This document shows positions 60,261 to 64,000 of a stretch of DNA of 64,000 bases, piece by piece. The notes beneath the pieces are model-generated. The model worked only from the letters and a program-made list of their open reading frames with translations. It was not told the DNA's origin and made no database searches. The translations under genes were made by a program, and so were the position numbers. The stretch is from Hemiscyllium ocellatum. Its lineage: Eukaryota. Numbering within the stretch: the first letter of the stretch is position 1; each line of letters opens with the position of its first letter. The stretch is taken from NCBI RefSeq assembly GCF_020745735.1, contig NC_083404.1, positions 126,231,731-126,295,730 on the forward strand, written 5' to 3'.

Positions 60261-63164
60261 AGAGAATCGGGTCCAGTTTAGTAAACAGGAAATGGTTTTG
60301 TGTTCCTTTTAAAGCTTTATTTATAGCGGCATAAAAGTGTTATGCGCAAAATTATGTTATTTCAGTAAGACTAAAATGAGCTCTTGGAATGACATTATGT
60401 GGCTTAAAATGAGGGAATCGGAACACCACACACTGCAGACTCTTTACTGCCCCAATGACATTATTTTATCTGCTCTCCCCCGCCCCCAACACAAAATACG
60501 CAAGACACAAAGAAGAAAGCATTTTTGTACTTGGTCATTTACATAGAATGCAAATATGTTGGACATTGAAAATGCCTCTGGCAAGAAACATTTCTACCGT
60601 TTTGAATAATGATCTCAAATATTTAGGGAGCTTCCAGGCTTTAGTCGTTGGTGTTTCAGATTTTTCTTCCTCAGCGATTTGGTGGCAAAATACTATTTGA
60701 AGTACCTTAAGTAGGAGCCAGTATCACTTTTTCATTCGGCCTCGATTTTGAATTGTATTGGGTCATAAGTCAGAGGGTTTGATTTTTAAGCAGCTAAATT
60801 TGTTAGATCTGCTGAAGGGTGTTTTCTTGGTCTATTTTATGACATGCTTCAAATATAGAAGAAATGTGGCATTGAGGCCAGGTTTAAACAAAGTTTTCTG
60901 ATTTGTTTAAAAGAAAATATATTGCACCTGGCTGACACCCATGAGACTCACTTCTGCTGCAATAACCTAATTTTACCTCCACCTGCATTGTCAGTGCCAA
61001 AGCTGTTTCTATGCCTCACAAATAACTACCAGTCTGATGATTAAATCTTGGATGAGTCATTGTTTTCTTCAACTAAATATTAGTGAAATTAAACAATGAA
61101 CGTTGTGGTAAACCTGACCCATATTTATAGATAATGTCACTGGGGTCGTGTACAAATAAAAAACAAATAACCTTATGTAGCCCTGAAGCTAAAATAGTTG
61201 ACTGAAAACGGAAGAAGAAAACATTGTAAGAGATCTACTGCTTGGGGACAGATATAAAAATCAAAATCAGATTGACTGCACTCCTTCAATGAAAAGTGTT
61301 TTGCTGAATCATCAGATTTTTTTTGAGTTGAATTTCTTTAAGATTGATAAAACTGAATCTTTTTCTTTAGATTGTTGCTACCACTTCTCTAACTTTAGCT
61401 CCATTAGTCTTATAAATTTAAATCTAGAATTACTATGTCCACATGTTCTTTTAGCTGAACATTTACAGATCAGAGGGAGATGTTTCAGTCCATTTCCCAT
61501 GCTGACTCCACTTGAACAACGAATTTACTGAATCCAGTGCTCTTTCCAGCTGCTGCATTATCTGCTTTTTGCCCCACCCCTTCCTCATTGCAGATTCCTA
61601 GTCTGTAGTTTTCTCACCACAAGAATTGTGAATCCTCCCAATACTTTTTTTTATTTGGAGAACTTTACTGAGGTAAACTAATGGAACAATACCCATAGTG
61701 CTTATATCTATTTACATTTGAGTACAGGTGGTCAATGACTGTCGACATGCTTACCAATAAAACAGAAAACCTGATCCTGTACTCATCAGATGAATAAAAG
61801 CATACTTAAACAAGATGGTGAAAAGAATTAGACTTTTAATAAATACTGATTGCATATGATTTGCAAAATCTATTGAGCATTTTGTGGAATAGAGAGGAAT
61901 CTTGTCCAATTAAAAATAAATGTTCATTTAATGTTGAAGGTAAATTTTTGTTTCAGCTGGTGAGATTAAATTTAAAGATCAGTTTTGAAGTTTTTTTATG
62001 TTGTCTAATAATGTGTATTAGTTTTGGTTTCTTCAAAGAATTTTGTAATGTCGCTATCACTGATTCCTTCGATATGTCTTTGCATTAAGAGAGCCTTAAA
62101 AAATAATTCATTGGAATTTTATTCACTTCGAAGTGGAGAAAAATTAGTGTTTGCAGTATAAATCGCAAACAAACTCAGACTGTCAATGTTGAATCTAGGT
62201 TGAATGGGTTTACATATTCTGTTTTTGCACTGCAATGTATCTCCTCAAGAAGTGGATGATGATTTAGAGCATGGAAAATTTCTATCAGTATCCAAAGATA
62301 CTGCCAGGTAGGACTTGTTGCTTTCCATTACCAATATCTTTTAAGTCAACTTCAAGTGATCAGCCTTGTTGCAAAAAGCATGTTCACGTTTTCAATCTCA
62401 GCACATTTTGTAGATTACCAATTTGTGCAGTTGGTATTTAATTTTATTGTCAATCTACAATTGCTATTAATAGAATTAATGTGATACCTAAACCTCACAT
62501 TGGACTCGTTAAGATTTTTCATCTTTCTACATTTTCTTTGTAAACGTTAAATTACTTTTTATAAGATAATGTGCTTGAAAGACACAGTATTACATGTCAC
62601 TCTAAACATTTAATATTGAAATAATTTAGAGAAATAATGCTACAGTATTGTTTTCTTGTGCATTATAGAAAGAGGAAATATATTTGCCATTCAAAAAATA
62701 AGGTAGAGAAACCCAATTGGATAGATTCTGAAAAGGGTGATAAGGATAGCACACAAAAAACCCTGTGTTTTGGGTGTTAAAATAAATCGACCAGCAACTT
62801 AGGAAAAGAATAGGAAACCCAAGATATGCAAATAGTCTACTTAACAGAAGAATCAATTTGTATTTTAAACTCTGGTAAGTCTACCCATTTTGTGAAGAGT
62901 CAGGCTAAGTCGACAATGTAATTTCCAACTTGCTTTCAATCTGATCCAGTGCCTCAAGTAGCATGGTATGATGGATGCTCTTGGCTTAGTCTGTCTGTCA
63001 ATCTATTTAATCCAGTCATTATACAAGGTAGATGGGAAACAGATGGGGGAATAACAGATACAAAGGAAACAAGATACTGTATAATGTTATGTTTCTCTTC
63101 AGAGAAAGTCCGCTTTATAAATACTTGCATAGCATACAAGCATATTTTGATTTTGAATGATTTG

Positions 63165-64000
63165 GAGACACTGGTGTTGGACTGGGGTGTACAAAGTTAA
63201 AAATCACACACCAGGTTATAGTCCAACAGGTTTATTTGGAAGCTCTAGCTTTTGGAGCGCTGCTCCTTCATCAGGTGATTGTGGAGTATAAGGTGTAAGA
63301 CACAGAATTTATAGCAAAAGTTTATAGTGTGAAGTAACTGAAATTATATATCGAAAAAGATCGGATTGTTTGTTAAATCTCTCAACTTTTTAGAATGACC
63401 ATGTTAGTTTCAGTTCTTTCATATGTAAATTACAAAACTTTTCTTTTTCTCAAGTACACTTTAACAATTGATTAGATTAGACTCCCCTACAGTGTGGAAA
63501 CAGGCCCTTTGGCCTAACAAGTCCACACTGACCCATTTCCCTCTGACTAATGCATCTAACATTATGGGCTATTTAGCATGGCCAATTCACCTGACCTGCA
63601 CATCTTTGGGCTGTCGGAGGAAACCCACGCAGACAAGGGGAGAATGTGCAAACTCTACACAGACAATTGCCCGAGGCTGGAAGCGAACCTGGTTCCCTGG
63701 CGCTGTGAAGCAGCAGTGCCAACCACTGAGCTGCCCAATTGGTATCATGTCAGCCCAGGTAAGGTATTGAAGATGTTAACCCCCGACGCCATGCGCACTC
63801 AAACATACAAGTTTGTGGGGTGATTTTGTACTTGCAGAAATACATTTTACTTTGCTCAGAAACTGCATAAATCCATTCAAATTCTGTAAATCAGTTCTTT
63901 CAGACATATGTTAACACCTTCAAACCTTATCTGGGCTGACATAGCACCAATTGTTAAAGTGCACTTAAGGATATACCTTTTTTAAAAAAATTTGCAATTT
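63165..64000 (-). mobile_element. third PLE-type terminal repeat (hammerhead motif followed by AATAAA), interrupted by a SINE; probably runs off the window
   Basis: minus strand cacCTGATGAaggagcagcgctcc(a)AAAgcTAgag then caAATAAAcctgttggac; no protein motif visible here. Confidence 0.55.
63470..63736 (-). mobile_element. HE1-type V-SINE
   Basis: (gatta)n tail, reverse V-domain, caattg flanking duplication. Confidence 0.85.

Noticed and set aside
60300-63160. ANKRD12 coding exons
   Set aside because: No recognisable ANKRD12 or ankyrin-repeat peptide in any frame, so no gene symbol was assigned.

Overview
Eukaryotic (vertebrate) genomic DNA, almost certainly elasmobranch/shark, inferred from HE1-type V-SINEs and HER1/CR1-type LINEs. 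The only intact protein-coding gene I can support is NDUFV2 (complex I 24-kDa [2Fe-2S] subunit) on the + strand. It has 8 exons from 3106 to 38140, all GT-AG, giving a 741-nt CDS (246 aa). A large CpG-rich promoter at about 56.8-60.2 kb probably belongs to the next gene (ANKRD12 by mammalian synteny; no coding exon is visible). The rest is dominated by decayed retroelements: CR1 LINEs, tRNA-derived SINEs, one L1/Tx1 remnant and several Penelope-like elements (PLEs). The most interesting signal is a set of four distinct PLE-derived sequence types that each carry a minimal type-I hammerhead-ribozyme motif (CUGANGA-stem II-GAAA-short helix III-NUH), with varying degrees of decay. One type also occurs as many 130-230-bp TSD-flanked non-coding insertions, some folded back as hairpins. 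Inverted PLE insertions from 0.2 to 3 kb share the same asymmetric-arm architecture. Almost all ORFs in the supplied track are TE remnants or noise. TE boundaries without a stated TSD are approximate.
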